NCBI GenBank assembly: GCA_951406725.2
Contig: OX597815.1
Coordinates: forward strand, 89,218,001-89,282,000
Direction of reading: 5' to 3'
Origin: Octopus vulgaris
Lineage: Eukaryota
Length of the DNA: 64,000 nt
The notes beneath the pieces are model-generated. The model worked only from the letters and a program-made list of their open reading frames with translations, made no database searches and was not told the origin of the DNA. The position numbers and the translations under genes are program-made. Shown one piece after another: positions 27,920 to 40,973 of this stretch (position 1 is its first letter; each line of letters begins with the position of its first letter).

Positions 27920-28056
27920 TACACATCGACACACAAACACACACACACACCCATACATGCATAAAACAGGCATATACATAGACACATACATGCACATTCT
28001 ATATATATAGCTTTATCTTTTTCTATCGGTGTCTTTCTATATCTCATTCTCTCTAA

Positions 28057-28107
<51 letters not shown>

Positions 28108-28510
28108 ACACATACACAACACACACATGTATATATGTGTGTGTATGTATATATATGTGTATGCGTATGTATATGTATATATACAAATATGTAATATATA
28201 TATATATATATGTATATAGATATATAATATACATATACATATATATATGTATATATATTTATGTATATATACATATCTATATATACATAAATATATATAT
28301 ACACACACGCACACATATACACACATACACACACACACCAACACAAACAACCACACACATACACACACACACACACATACACACACACACACATATATAT
28401 ATATATAAGTGTTTGAATATACAGGTATAAGCGTGTGTGTATGTATACATGTCTGTATATGTTGTGTATATACACGCGCGCACGCACGTGAACACGCATA
28501 TACGTATATC
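27920..28510. repeat. compound (CA)n/(TA)n microsatellite field
   Basis: Directly visible. Confidence 0.95.
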
Positions 28511-28861
28511 CAAACACTTGTATTTTAGATAACTGTCCGCGCTCCCTAGAAATAGAGAAAGATTATTAGATATAAATATATATGTATATAATGTCATTTT
28601 CAATAAAATATGCTTATATTCATTATTCTTTGTATTCATGCATATATTTCAAAATTCACTCGCATTTTCACATAAAAATGCATTCACAATAAATTTGCAA
28701 TCGTTTTAGATTAGAAGAATAAAACGAAAGTATTGATCGCTTCGGCAATTGAAAATTCATCGCAGATTCAGGCTTCAAAATATCACCAAAGCCATATGTT
28801 AAGTTATTGCAATAAAATACAATATATTCTAAACGTAAAAGAAATATATATAAATATACAT

Positions 28862-28917
<56 letters not shown>

Positions 28918-29453
28918 TATATGTATGTATATATATATGCAGGCGTACATACATACAAACATATTTATATATGTACGCATGCAGGCATACATACATACAT
29001 ATATATATGTCCTCACACATATCCATAATTATATATACATACACAGATATGCGTGCCTGTGTGTATGAGTGTGTGTATGAATGTTTGTAAGCGCATACAC
29101 TTTACTCATGCACATACACGGTAAGACGTCTTCTTCAAAGTTGTGACATCAATGTATCACAGATATTGATTTTACGAACAACCTCAATAGCGCCTCGTTA
29201 ATGGTTTAAGCTATATAATAGAGATTGTCTCACTCTCTCTCTCTTTCTCTTTCTCACTTTCTCTCTATCTCTCTCCTATCATTTCGTTCTTTTCTCCCGG
29301 TCCCTCTTTGTCTGTCTGTCTCTACCTACACAACATATATACATGCCTGTTTACACATACACATCCAGTCCTCTAAATCCAACTACATCCTCACCCAAGA
29401 TTACATATATAAAAGTTTATATAAATGGAAGCGCAAGCAGTGTGTTTCAGAAA

Positions 29454-29583
29454 TGTATGTATGTACGTACGTACGTATGTGTGTATGTATGTATGTATGT
29501 ATGTATGTATGTATGTATGTATGTATGTATGTATGTATGTATGTATGTATGTATATGTATGTATGTATGTATATGTATGTATG

Positions 29584-29617
<34 letters not shown>

Positions 29618-29740
29618 TGTATGTATGTATGTATGTATGTATATATGTATGTATGTATGTATGTGTGTGTGTGTGTGTGTATGTATGTATATATGTCTGT
29701 ATGTATGTATTCATGCATGTATGTATATGAATACATGTTT
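29454..29740. repeat. (TATG)n tetranucleotide tract
   Basis: Directly visible; similar tracts at 32898-33050 and 62337-62490. Confidence 0.95.
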
Positions 29741-30335
29741 ATGTGTGTACTTTTGCACGTCTATGTATGTTTTTATTTTATGTATAGAACTGCGTATATT
29801 AACGTATAATCTGGAAACAATATAAGCATTTATACTTTTTCAATTTATATTGTTTATACCCATCCACACACACTCAAACGCACACACACAAACGTACACA
29901 CGCACGCACACGCGTACATACTGATGTGTACATTCTTGTCTGTTTTATGCATTCTTATACTGGACATCTTACAATGCTAAAAGGCAGTTAGAAAGAGTAA
30001 TCTCAATAAATGCATCGCACATATTTTCAAAAGTATTTTCCGCATAGAAAATATAAAGAAATCTCGTATAATCCACGAAATCGTTATGTAAGCAAACTGT
30101 AAAATATATGAGCGTTTGATACAAATAGTGATCATTTGCTTCTTAATTCCCATTAATTCTATTCGTAGCTAATGCAGAAGAATTTACATAACATGCTGTA
30201 ATTACTCACCGTATTTAATCTGTATGGCACATTAGTATGTGTAGATTCCAATGGGAGATTTGAAATCTGGAAATATTATATTGAAAATCAAATAAATTAG
30301 ATAAAGGGGCGGCAATTTCAAATATGTGAATTTCT

Positions 30336-30580
30336 CAAATCTTTTAGCATTCAGATGACTCTGCCAAATGTAATACTTAGTCAAATGTAGTACTTGGTTA
30401 TTCACATTATTCTAAATCCATAATGCATTTTCTCATAGCTTTGACCTTTCGGTAAAGGGGTTGTTTATTTATAGAATGACACTGTAGAGTAGGTGTGAGA
30501 GGCCTGATCTGGCCAGTTTGAGCATGAAACAGGCATAATATTTAAGCCTTATATGGCAGGTTTGATTACGAAAAGGCTAT
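30336..30580. mobile_element. degenerate MITE (piggyBac-like termini)
   Basis: Ends CTTTTAGCATTCAGA / TTTGATTACGAAAAG are imperfect inverted repeats. Resembles, from recall, an abundant TTAA-CCCTTTAGCATT octopus MITE. Confidence 0.45.
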
Positions 30581-31168
30581 GACATATTAGATGGTGAATT
30601 CAAGGATACAATTTGGTCCTAGATTTGAATCACCACAGCACACTCATATAAATACATACAAAGTAGTTTACTAGATAGACCTCAGTAAAGCAGTCAGACG
30701 ATGTCAGCTTCATTGTTCATTGAGTTATTTCACTTTTGGCTACTATTTTTAACGGTTGTTGTATTACGAATGTTAATCGATAAACTGCTGACTGATGGAC
30801 TATGCGCGCTTGCCCATTGCTCTCAAAGAAATGTGTTAGAAATATTCCCCCGAACCCAAAGAGACAAACACATACACAAGCGCACTCAAAACACACACAC
30901 ACATACACATACACACAAACACACACATATACACACTCACACACACACTTACACACACACACACTCACACACTCACACACACACACAAGAGCACACAGAA
31001 ACATACCCACATCCAGAAACACACACATTAAAAAATGTTATGACTGTGTTCTCACTTTTTTTTTACTTCTTTGTGCACATATGTATATGTGTGTGTGTGT
31101 GTCTTCATGTATATATGAGTATGTATGTATATGTATTACCTGTATGGGTATACTGAATCATGTTATTT

Positions 31169-31758
31169 CTTGGGCCATGCCATAAATAATGCGGCTTTTT
31201 CAATTGCATGAACTAAAACTCGGAGGGGTATGGGATAAAATACTTGCATGGACTTGCTATAAAAACGGGTAGTAACTTTACCTTGGCTTTACTCTTAGTG
31301 CAAGTTTTGGAGAGTGCAGTTTTAACAGTTATTAAAGGCAGTCTAGTGCGAGCAGCTTGAGCGGCTTTAGTCAGCACCAGAAGAAACACGACCATCTTTG
31401 GTTTCAAGACGAAAGCTATTCTTCCATCAGGATAATGCTCGGCCACATACAGCGAGGATGACATCCCAAAGGCTGGGGCAGTTTCAATTGGAAACCGTCC
31501 CCCACCCAACATATTCGCTGGACATTGCCCCATCTGATTATCATTTATTTCGCAGTCTTCAAAATCATTGGAACAGAAAAAAATATGAGGTCAGAAGAGT
31601 AGTGGAGGAGTATTCTTCAACAAGGATAAATATATTTTGGAAGAGAGGGTTTTCAAGTTTACCAGATAGACGGAAGGGTATTGTAGGAAATGTAGGCGAG
31701 TATATTGCAGATTAAAAAAGAACTTTGTTTATCTCAATTTTGAAAAATAAAATAGGTT
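31169..31758 (+). mobile_element. internally deleted mariner
   Basis: ORF 31398-31715 FHQDNARPHTA..PHPTYSLDIAPSDYHLFRSLQN..GEY (YSPDLAPSD motif), joined directly to a 5' TIR/UTR-like segment. Confidence 0.9.
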
Positions 31759-32150
31759 TAATATGTTTTTAATATATTTTATGTTGTACTTGTCGACCGA
31801 TTTTGCTTTCGCTTCGTATTTTCATAAGATTTTAGTCAATGTTGTGTGTGGAGTTTTTGAATGAATGATTCAACAAGTAGAAGCATCTAAGGGGAGGTAA
31901 TTGGTGATCGTTAATATTGGTGAAAGGGGGATTAATTGCTCATCGTTTAGGAAGGGTATAAATAAATATATATACACAAGAACTCAAAAGCTTCAGTAGT
32001 GAAATGATATATGTACAGTGATGAGTATGTGATCAGGAATTAAAATAAATACGTTCATATTTAGACATCTTCTGTAATTTTCGATGAACAAATTTACTTT
32101 ATTTAAACGTTCTTGTATAGAAATTGGTTCTTTGCAGTGTTAGATTGGGA

Positions 32151-32244
<94 letters not shown>

Positions 32245-32285
32245 GTGTATGTGTGTGTATGTATATATATATATATGCGTGTGTG

Positions 32286-32360
<75 letters not shown>

Positions 32361-34639
32361 GCATATATGGGGAGAGGTAGGGAGGGAGCGTGTGTGTGTC
32401 TTCGTGTGTTTGTGTTTGTGTACGTGAGTATGTCTGTGTCGGTGTGTATTTTAAGTATATAATATATATGCATGTATTTTAAATATATATTTGTATGTAT
32501 AAATTAGCTATTTGCGACAGAAATACTTTTTGGGAGGAATATTAATTAGCTCTCTAAATTGGATGTTTCATTTTTAATGCCTTAGACTGTTGTACACGTC
32601 CTGAAAAATCAATTCATATTGACGACAAATGCCACAAAGCATCTGAATTCTATTACCGGTGGACAAAATTCTATCAGAAAACGGGCGGATGGCACAAACA
32701 TATCACGTGATTTCTCAGTATCGTTGATCATCAGTGGTCGGTAACCAAGCAGATAGCCAGATAGAAAATCAGTCTTATCGATATAGAATAATTCTGGTCG
32801 AAAACCATTTTTGCAAGACGCTTAAGGCCGTCTAAAGCGTTATAATCAACTCATACGGATTAGGTTTGGTGTGGTAATTAGTATTTCCTGTATTATGCAT
32901 GTATGTATGTATGTATGTATGTATGTATGTATGTATGTATGTATGTATGTATGTATGTATGTATGTATGTATGTATGTATGCATGCATGTATGTATGTAT
33001 CTATGCATGTATGTGTGTATCTATCTACCTATCTACCTATCCATCTATCTGGCTATATGCAATAAAATACTCGTCGACAGCTAGGTCCGGAATAAATATT
33101 TGCATATTTATTCGTAACATGTCTTGGCAGGTTCAGACGCAAAACATGCTTGGCTCTGTAGTGTATGTCGTAAGAGCATGTCTATAGAATAACTTCCTCT
33201 TTTAGACAATAATCTGTTCAACACACTCATTTCATTTGTGTGGGGCATTCTGGGACACCTGTGTTTTCACATGTTATGTCTTATCAGCCAGGTGTGGGCG
33301 GAACTTTGATGGGGCAATATCTGCTGGTATTGTTTATCATTTCAACGAACAGAATTGTTTGCTAATCGGTGCTTATATCTAATTAAGCATCAGAACGCGA
33401 AATCATCGATGATTTGGCTGTATCTGCGACGATAGGGAGCTTGGCTCCCTTCTCCCCTCATTAATATAGCGCTTTTGCTCGCTTTGCAGATGTTTTGAGT
33501 CTTATTTCTAGCGATACTGGTGATTATTAATGTCTTTGTTCACTTTAGTGACATATATTTTTGGAATCCGGTGTATTTATATATTTTTCCCCGAACGGAT
33601 CTGATTTTTGATTCGTTAATATACTGATGACGTCTTGTTTTTCCTGTGGTCAAATTTTTCGTTCTGCCTGGCTGAACTTCAAAATGGAAACAGAACTCAG
33701 TCCCATTAAGAAAAGATTACCGCAGTTGATGAAGAAATGAAGATTGAAATCGTGAGAAAGCTCAAGGGGAACCTTTTGACAATACCATTTTACTCTGGAG
33801 AGAGAAATGTAAAAACGAGGAAGTAATCTTATTTCAAAGATGGGAATAAAACAACGATTAGTTCAATCATTATGAGGAAAAATTCAATGAGGAATACCAA
33901 TCTGATGACCATTTCTTGAAAAAAATTTACGAACTCCACACAACCGGAAGAAAGTTGCTACTGGAACAATACTTGAATGCCCATCCAGAATCAAGAATAA
34001 CCGACACAAAATGGAAAATTCCAATGCATCCTTCACCACAAGACGAAACCACTCAAAAATACAGAAACCCATCTCACCCCAAGAACCCCCCACGTCTCGG
34101 ATGTAACGTCTTCGTGAATAACGCTTTCAGACGGAAGTATAAGAGAAATAAGAACTCCCCACATCAGACACACATGCCACATAATGAAGAGTTTTAACAG
34201 GAAAAAAGAATGAAGATATATCTTCCACCTTGTTCATACCACAAGATATAACCATTACGACGACCCCACTCAGAACCGACCACAACGGTGAACGCACAAT
34301 AGACCAAGGGTCAACGGAAGGACAATCAACACGGGCACTAATTCCTTATATAAAAATCCAAGAAACCATTTTTAAGCAAACTGGGCCAAATCCGAAACAC
34401 TTGATGGCAACAACCAAATGTGAGATCTCGAAAGTGATAAATCTCTCACATAAAACCCTTTCAAACCAACAAATCAATATTCTCGCAAAATGACTGAAAT
34501 TCACCTCAATACAACAAAGATCGAACCTAGATGATATACAAAATGATATCCAGGAATTCTGCAGAAAACGTCGAGTCACTGAAGTACTATTGGATAAAGA
34601 AGCTAATCGTCACTCAATACTTCATGATAAAAGTAATTG

Positions 34640-34870
34640 AGACCCCGCTTCGGTCGCGACACTGGCCATAGAATTGCACCTAGAAAGTTACCCACCGAGG
34701 CACAAGTTTGAGCAAGGTTGTTTATGGAAGACCAGCAGTCGCCCATGAATACCAGCCTCCCCTCTCCACGCCACCAGTGTTATCCAAGGGAAAAGCTACA
34801 GCAGATACAGCTTGGCACCTGTGAATTGGAGCAACGTGAAATAAAGTGTCTTGCTCAAGAACACAACACG
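34640..34870 (-). mobile_element. SINE fragment inserted in the PLE
   Basis: 34650-34820 is the reverse complement of the 55030-55200 tail; 34820-34870 is a different central block (TTCTTGAGCAAGACACTT). Confidence 0.8.
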
Positions 34871-35806
34871 TAACTACTGTCCGACAAAAGGAAGAAATCA
34901 AACTCTGGATAACTTTTGTCATTTGGAATCCAATTATCCATGCTACAAATTACTCCCACCTCGAAAATTTAAAACAAATACAAGTCGAGAAGAATGGGAA
35001 ATCATTAATGATCTCAAGGAGGATCGTAATATAATTATAAGAGAAATCGATAAAGGGAGTGCTGTAGTAATCATGGAATTAGAAAAATACATAAACACTA
35101 CCCTAATCCTCCTTTAAGACTTAATGGTAAAGGAGAGAGATTACTTGACTAGATTTGACTGCAAAATCAGCAACTTTAATAGATTTCCAAAATCCAGAAA
35201 AGTGAAACCATAAACGAAGACTTTAACAAATCGACTTCTGTAGTCATAAATATTCCACAGCCGAGAGATATCAAAATGAAACCAATTGTGGCCGGTCCCT
35301 CGTGAAAGACACACTAACTCAGTAACGTTAACGACGTCTTCCTTAAATCTATTCTCCAACATATACCGAGCTTTATAAGTAATGAGTTGAACATTTTAAA
35401 CCATCTCCCGAACAAAACCAGCAAGGACTCCCTTTTGGCATCATTCGATGTAATAAACCTCTACACCTCGATTCCTCACAAAAACGGAATAATAGCCATA
35501 CAATACTGGCTGGAAAAATTCCCAAATGACATTCCCGACCGAATCAGAAAAGAATTCATCGTTGAAGGAATAAAATTCATCCTACAAAACTTCAACGAGA
35601 ACGCTTATAGACAAACATCGAGCACGGCAATGGGAACGAGAGTAACCCCTACTTTTGTCAAACTTGGAAGCACAAATATACGAGCACGCTATGCTGAAAT
35701 TTGGAGACAAGTTCCAAGAATATTAACTCACCAACTGGAAACGCTACCTGGATGACTGTATCATTGTGTGACCACATAAACTTGAGCAACTCGCAAAATT
35801 TAAAAG

Positions 35807-35908
35807 CAAAATCAACAGAATTAACCACAGTATCCAGTTTACAATGAAATACAGCTACAAAATCAACAGAATTAACCACAGTATCCAGTTTACAAGGAAA
35901 TACAGCTA
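35807..35908 (+). repeat. 51-bp in-frame tandem duplication in PLE RT
   Basis: CAAAATCAACAGAATTAACCACAGTATCCAGTTTACAA(T/G)GAAATACAGCTA x2 with one mismatch. Confidence 0.95.
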
Positions 35909-36508
35909 CAAACAACTACCCTTACTGGACATCTTTATCGAAAAAAAAAAAGAAATACTGAAATTGAAATCGACATCTTCAAACCAACAGACTCAAAATA
36001 AGAACTTCTCTTCTCCTCCGGCCACCCAAACATGCTAAAATAAATACACCGTTCAATTTAGCAAGACAAATTTGTACGATTGCATCTAATCTCAAAACCC
36101 AAGAAAAGCGACTCCAAGAACTTATGAACACATTACTAGATAGATAATACGCGGCCAGTCTAATCAAAAACTGAAAAGAACTTTCAAAAATGATAGACAT
36201 CCAAGAGTGACGGAAAACAAGAAAACACCATAACACACTTAAAACTTTATCTAATGTATCAACACAGAATTCGAGGAACATACATACATCATACAGCATA
36301 CAACATCATCCACCAAAACATGCTCCTCTGTATTAAAGACCATCGAATGAAAAAGGCAACCGCAATCCTTAAAAATGTCATTCACCAGCGCCAAATTACT
36401 CCCCAAAAATACTTTATTTTAACGTACCGAACTACTTGGCCAAATGATTAATTATTAATTAATTGATTAATTGATTAATTAATCAATTTTACCATTTTAT
36501 TATTATTG

Positions 36509-36609
<101 letters not shown>

Positions 36610-37749
36610 TCATACATACATATATATATATACACACATACATTTAAATGTATATACACATATATCGGTACATACTTATGTATGTACATGCGTACATATA
36701 TGTATGTATATATAGATGTGTGTGCGTGTGCATGTATATCTGTGTGGGTATAAGAATAATATAACACGAGGATGGAGGATATCAAGGTTTAATAGTAGAT
36801 CACAAGATTAGTTGTTGCCCTACACACCAGCTTTCAGTTGCTGATTTTATATTCATATACCATTATATAAACTCATTATTTATAATTTCTATATAATTGA
36901 GTATTTTTTCAGCAACAACCGTGTGTTGGCGCTTCATCTGGTGGAATACGATTATGTTCCTTTGGATTGTTCTGATATCTCTTGGTATACGATGTACATT
37001 ACTTTCCACCAATCAAATTATCACACTCTGGGCCATACAAGAATAGACAAATAAGTAATATTACAATAATAGCATCAATAACAATAGCAACAACAGAGTC
37101 AGAGCGACCTTCGAAGTACTCATGATATTAAACAAAAGGGAAAAAATCACAAATATAATCTTACTTGAGTGATAGTAGTAGTTCAATAAGTTCATTTTTG
37201 TACAAACTAAGCGAGACCAACTTAAATACATTTGTTTTTTCGGCATGATTACGAACCCAACATTATAAATCCAAACTAAAGAATCATTAATTAACAACAA
37301 CAACAACAACAACACGAACAGCTGAAAAGCACAGAAACGCCAGAATATCGACATGACACGTACACAAAAATCACAAATGGTCTGATAGTGAAATCGAAAT
37401 TTTCCCTAACGCATGCTTCATTGTTTTGCAAAATGATAACATCCATGCCACATGTGTAAATCTCGTTGCCTAAAGATTTTCCCACCTGTTTGATAACCAC
37501 CGGGAAAGAAAATTCCAAACAAACTGAAGCAAATTACTACTTCATATCGTATGATGTGGATAAATACGCTCAGATCATAATCTCAGGGCTTGACGTACTA
37601 TCAAAAACAACACTTCTAGCCATCCCCCAAATCTCCATACAATCATACTATGTTACAGTAGTACCGGCATGTACCTTTCCCACAACTCAGGTGAAAAAAA
37701 AAAAGCATCCAGCTTGAACAAAACCGAAAAGACGCCAAGATCAACAGCC

Positions 37750-38130
37750 TCGGCACGGATTTTTCCACAAACTACGGAAAGTGGAGAACATTCAGTAGGA
37801 CCACTAACAAATCAAACAGCCAGCAAAACACCACAACTTCAGCCAACAAATTGTATCTAACAATGTAAATTCTTTTTTATCAAAGCAGAACCTAGAAAAA
37901 TAGATTAAAAAAGGATCCTCTTCTCTGTAGATAAGCCATAACTCTCTATTTAGTGCAACTCCAGTCTCAACAGTTTTGCTCAATGCACAAGGCATCAGTC
38001 AATCCTCCAATCCATAAAAAATGGAAAAATTCCCTTAAGATTGTTCTGTCAATTACCCACATCATATTAGCCCCTTTGTTCTACGAAACACATTTACCAC
38101 AGATACAAATATCTCATAGATGGCGTTGGA
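37750..38130 (+). pseudogene. possible very old PLE RT fragment
   Basis: ILFSVD..SLFSATPV and YLIDGV resemble RT motifs S.DV.SLFT.IP and YxQxDGV, across frameshifts. Confidence 0.3.
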
Positions 38131-38589
38131 GAAGTAATGGGGCATATCTTCAGGGAACAATGAGGTGAGTATAAGTAGTAAAGAGCGTATAGAGAGAGAT
38201 GTTCCATAAGAGATCGAGGGGAGAAGTTTAGAAATGGAGAAAACATGGCTGTAAGGAGTGATGGTGAGAGAAAATGGAGTGGATAGTGGGGATAGATATG
38301 TTAGAGCATGGAGAGAATGTGGAAAGGCACTTGAGGTAGAGTGGAGGAGCCAGCAGTGGGTGGTGGTCATGGGTAGTGGGATGGAGGGATGTGAGAAGAT
38401 GGATTGTATGAGTGTTTTGACAGAAGACAGACTGTGTGTAAGCATAGTCGTAAAGGACATACCTGTATGTATGACCACGATTTTACTGACTCAACGAGTC
38501 TCCTTAAGCACAGAAAATCGCCAGAGAATTTTGTGTTTCGTTATCTACTCTTTGAGGCTCAAAATCTGAAAATAATTTCTCATTACCCC

Positions 38590-38990
38590 GCCCCACATCT
38601 TCTTTCACGTGTTCCTCCATAATTAGATATTTCTATGCAGTCCTTCTCATCTATACCCATCACATGACCATAGCAGTGCAGTCTTTTCTCTTGCACACCT
38701 CATCTGATGCCTCTTATACCCAATTTTCTCCTTAATTCATTTACACTTTGTTGTACATGCGCACTGACATTGCCTGTCCTGGGGATAGGCAAGCCTTTGT
38801 GTGGCCTCAGTAGTCATAGCCCATGTTTCAATCTTATGTAGCATACCAGTTCGTATAAAGACGTCATACCATCTATTTTTCACGTTGAAGGTGAGACCTT
38901 TCGTACACCAGCCCGTTCTTATTCTACTGCTAATTTGCTCCCATAGGTAGCGAAAACTACCTACCATTTATAAGCATCACCCGGAACATT
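38590..38990 (-). mobile_element. RTE-clade LINE 3' fragment with deletions
   Basis: VGSFRYL..RIRTGW..KG..VK.RWY..IRTGMLHKIETWA and LHCYGHVMG are typical of the RTE RT thumb/C-terminus. Confidence 0.75.
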
Positions 38991-39294
38991 TCAGGAAATC
39001 TGGTTTGTGTATAGTCTTAGTGTTTATTGTATTAGCCTGGTATATACGTGCATATATATGTATGTATACGTGTGTATATGTAATTATTCGTATGTTGTAT
39101 ATATATATATATAATCAAAAGGGTAATAATATAGATTACTACCAGTGGCCCAGCACAAAAGACGAATTAGTCATTAGACAAAATATTATTCATGTAGAAA
39201 TATAATTAAGGGCTCCTAAATAAGGATGCCAAATGCTAGGGACACAAAAAAGGGATAAATTTATCGAGAGTGAAAATCAAAAACATTTACTAAC

Positions 39295-39624
39295 AACGAT
39301 ACATCCCGGACTGATATCAGTTTCTACCTCTTTCTAGCAAAACAGACAGAATATGTTTGCTAAGGCCGATTTCATCACATATTACTTGATAGATTTATTC
39401 GTAAATTTTTTTCCCGGCATGCCCTATATTACCGGGTAGATTTTGCGTCTGCGCAGAGATTTGAAAAGTTAAGATCTGCAAGTTGTTTAGATCAACGTAT
39501 GGTCTAACGCGCTGCGCATCTCGATGTAACTCAGGCGTCTCGCTGATGAAACCGGCCTTAGCAAACATATTCTGTCTGTTTTGCTAGACAGAGGTAGAAA
39601 CTGATATCAGTCCGGGATGTATCG

Positions 39625-39626
<2 letters not shown>
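39295..39626. repeat. 83-bp inverted repeat containing a hammerhead
   Basis: 39295-39377 is the reverse complement of 39544-39626 with two mismatches; (TA)n follows. Confidence 0.95.
39535..39620 (+). ncRNA. type I hammerhead ribozyme, intact core
   Basis: GCGTCTCG-CTGATGA-A-ACC..(TAGCAAA/TTTGCTA hairpin)..GGT-A-GAAAC-TGATATCA-GTC-CGGGATGT. Stem I is 8 bp with wobbles; stem III is the palindrome ACTGATATCAGT. Confidence 0.8.
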
Positions 39627-39680
<54 letters not shown>

Positions 39681-40866
39681 ATATATATTTTTAATTACGT
39701 ACTAATTTTGGTATATCGCCACTGGTGAAGGTAAAGCATCTTATTACTGAGCTTGAAATCGTCGATCTGGGACCAACCGTTACTTTTTTGCTAATTTCTT
39801 TTGTTCGTTTACCTTTTCACCTGTGCTATATAATTACATGATGTAGTTTTAGAGCCAGTTTTGACTTCTATATCTAGTATGGCGGTACCTCCCCAGTACA
39901 CTTAATTATAAGTGTATTTCTGTAAGTATATATCTATAGTAATTATTACCTACATCGTTTTTTCCATGCTGACCACTTGTTATGATCGTTATTTTAAATA
40001 ATGGACTTACCTTTATAAATAAATATATATTCGCTCCGTGTCATCACATTCACAGTGATGATATTCCTGATGATATAGCACATGGTGTCAGACGGGCAAA
40101 TGTATTAGTCCGGTATATACGTGTATATATATATATGTATACGTGCGTATATGTAAGTATTTCTAATTTGTAGTATGACATTCATCGTGTACTCTCGTAC
40201 ACGTTCTGTGTGTTGTTTTACAACTAGATCAATTCAGATTACCCTCTTATTTTCGTACTTGACGAAACATTTGAGTGCATTTTCACGTGTCCAGTACTTT
40301 GGGATAAAAGTTTTACTTATCGGGATGAAAAACATATATTTCAATTGCGTGTGACTCCATATTATTTTTATTCAATTGAGTTTGCATAGTACTTGTAAAT
40401 ACATATTGTTTGAAATCCGTGTTTCTGTATATATGTGAATGTCTGTGTGTACGTGTTAGAGGTTGTTAAATATCCTCTTACTAAATTATTTAGTACAGCT
40501 AGAAAAACGAAGTGACTGCTGGAGTACTATCTATTATCTTGGTGAAGTGTCTACTAACATTACTTTCTGTCGACTAAATCGGTGTGAAATTTGTCCCACA
40601 ACATCTTTGTGGGAGAGCGTCGTATGATTTTGCCTAACATTCAACTGCATTGGATACCATGTCGTACTGATTCAGTCTTGGGAGAAATTGAAGGAAATGT
40701 GCGACCACGGAATACTCAGCCATTTACATCATATGTGAATGAGTAGGTAGATAAGTTGATCGAACAAAATATTTATTAATAATAAAATCGAACAGAGATC
40801 CAGTTAGATCACTTTCAAACTTTTATCATAACTTTTTGCGTCTGTCTGTCAGTTTACGTATGTATG

Positions 40867-40973
<107 letters not shown>

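Larger units (their letters stand above)
33700..36445 (+). mobile_element. decayed Penelope-like element, RT region
   Basis: IIREIDKGSAVVIM, PIVAGP, LASFDVINLYTSIP, YRQTSSTAMGT, WKRYLDDC (~35735-35760), SIQFT..LPLLDI, KPTDSK..PFNLARQIC; many stops and frameshifts. Confidence 0.9.
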
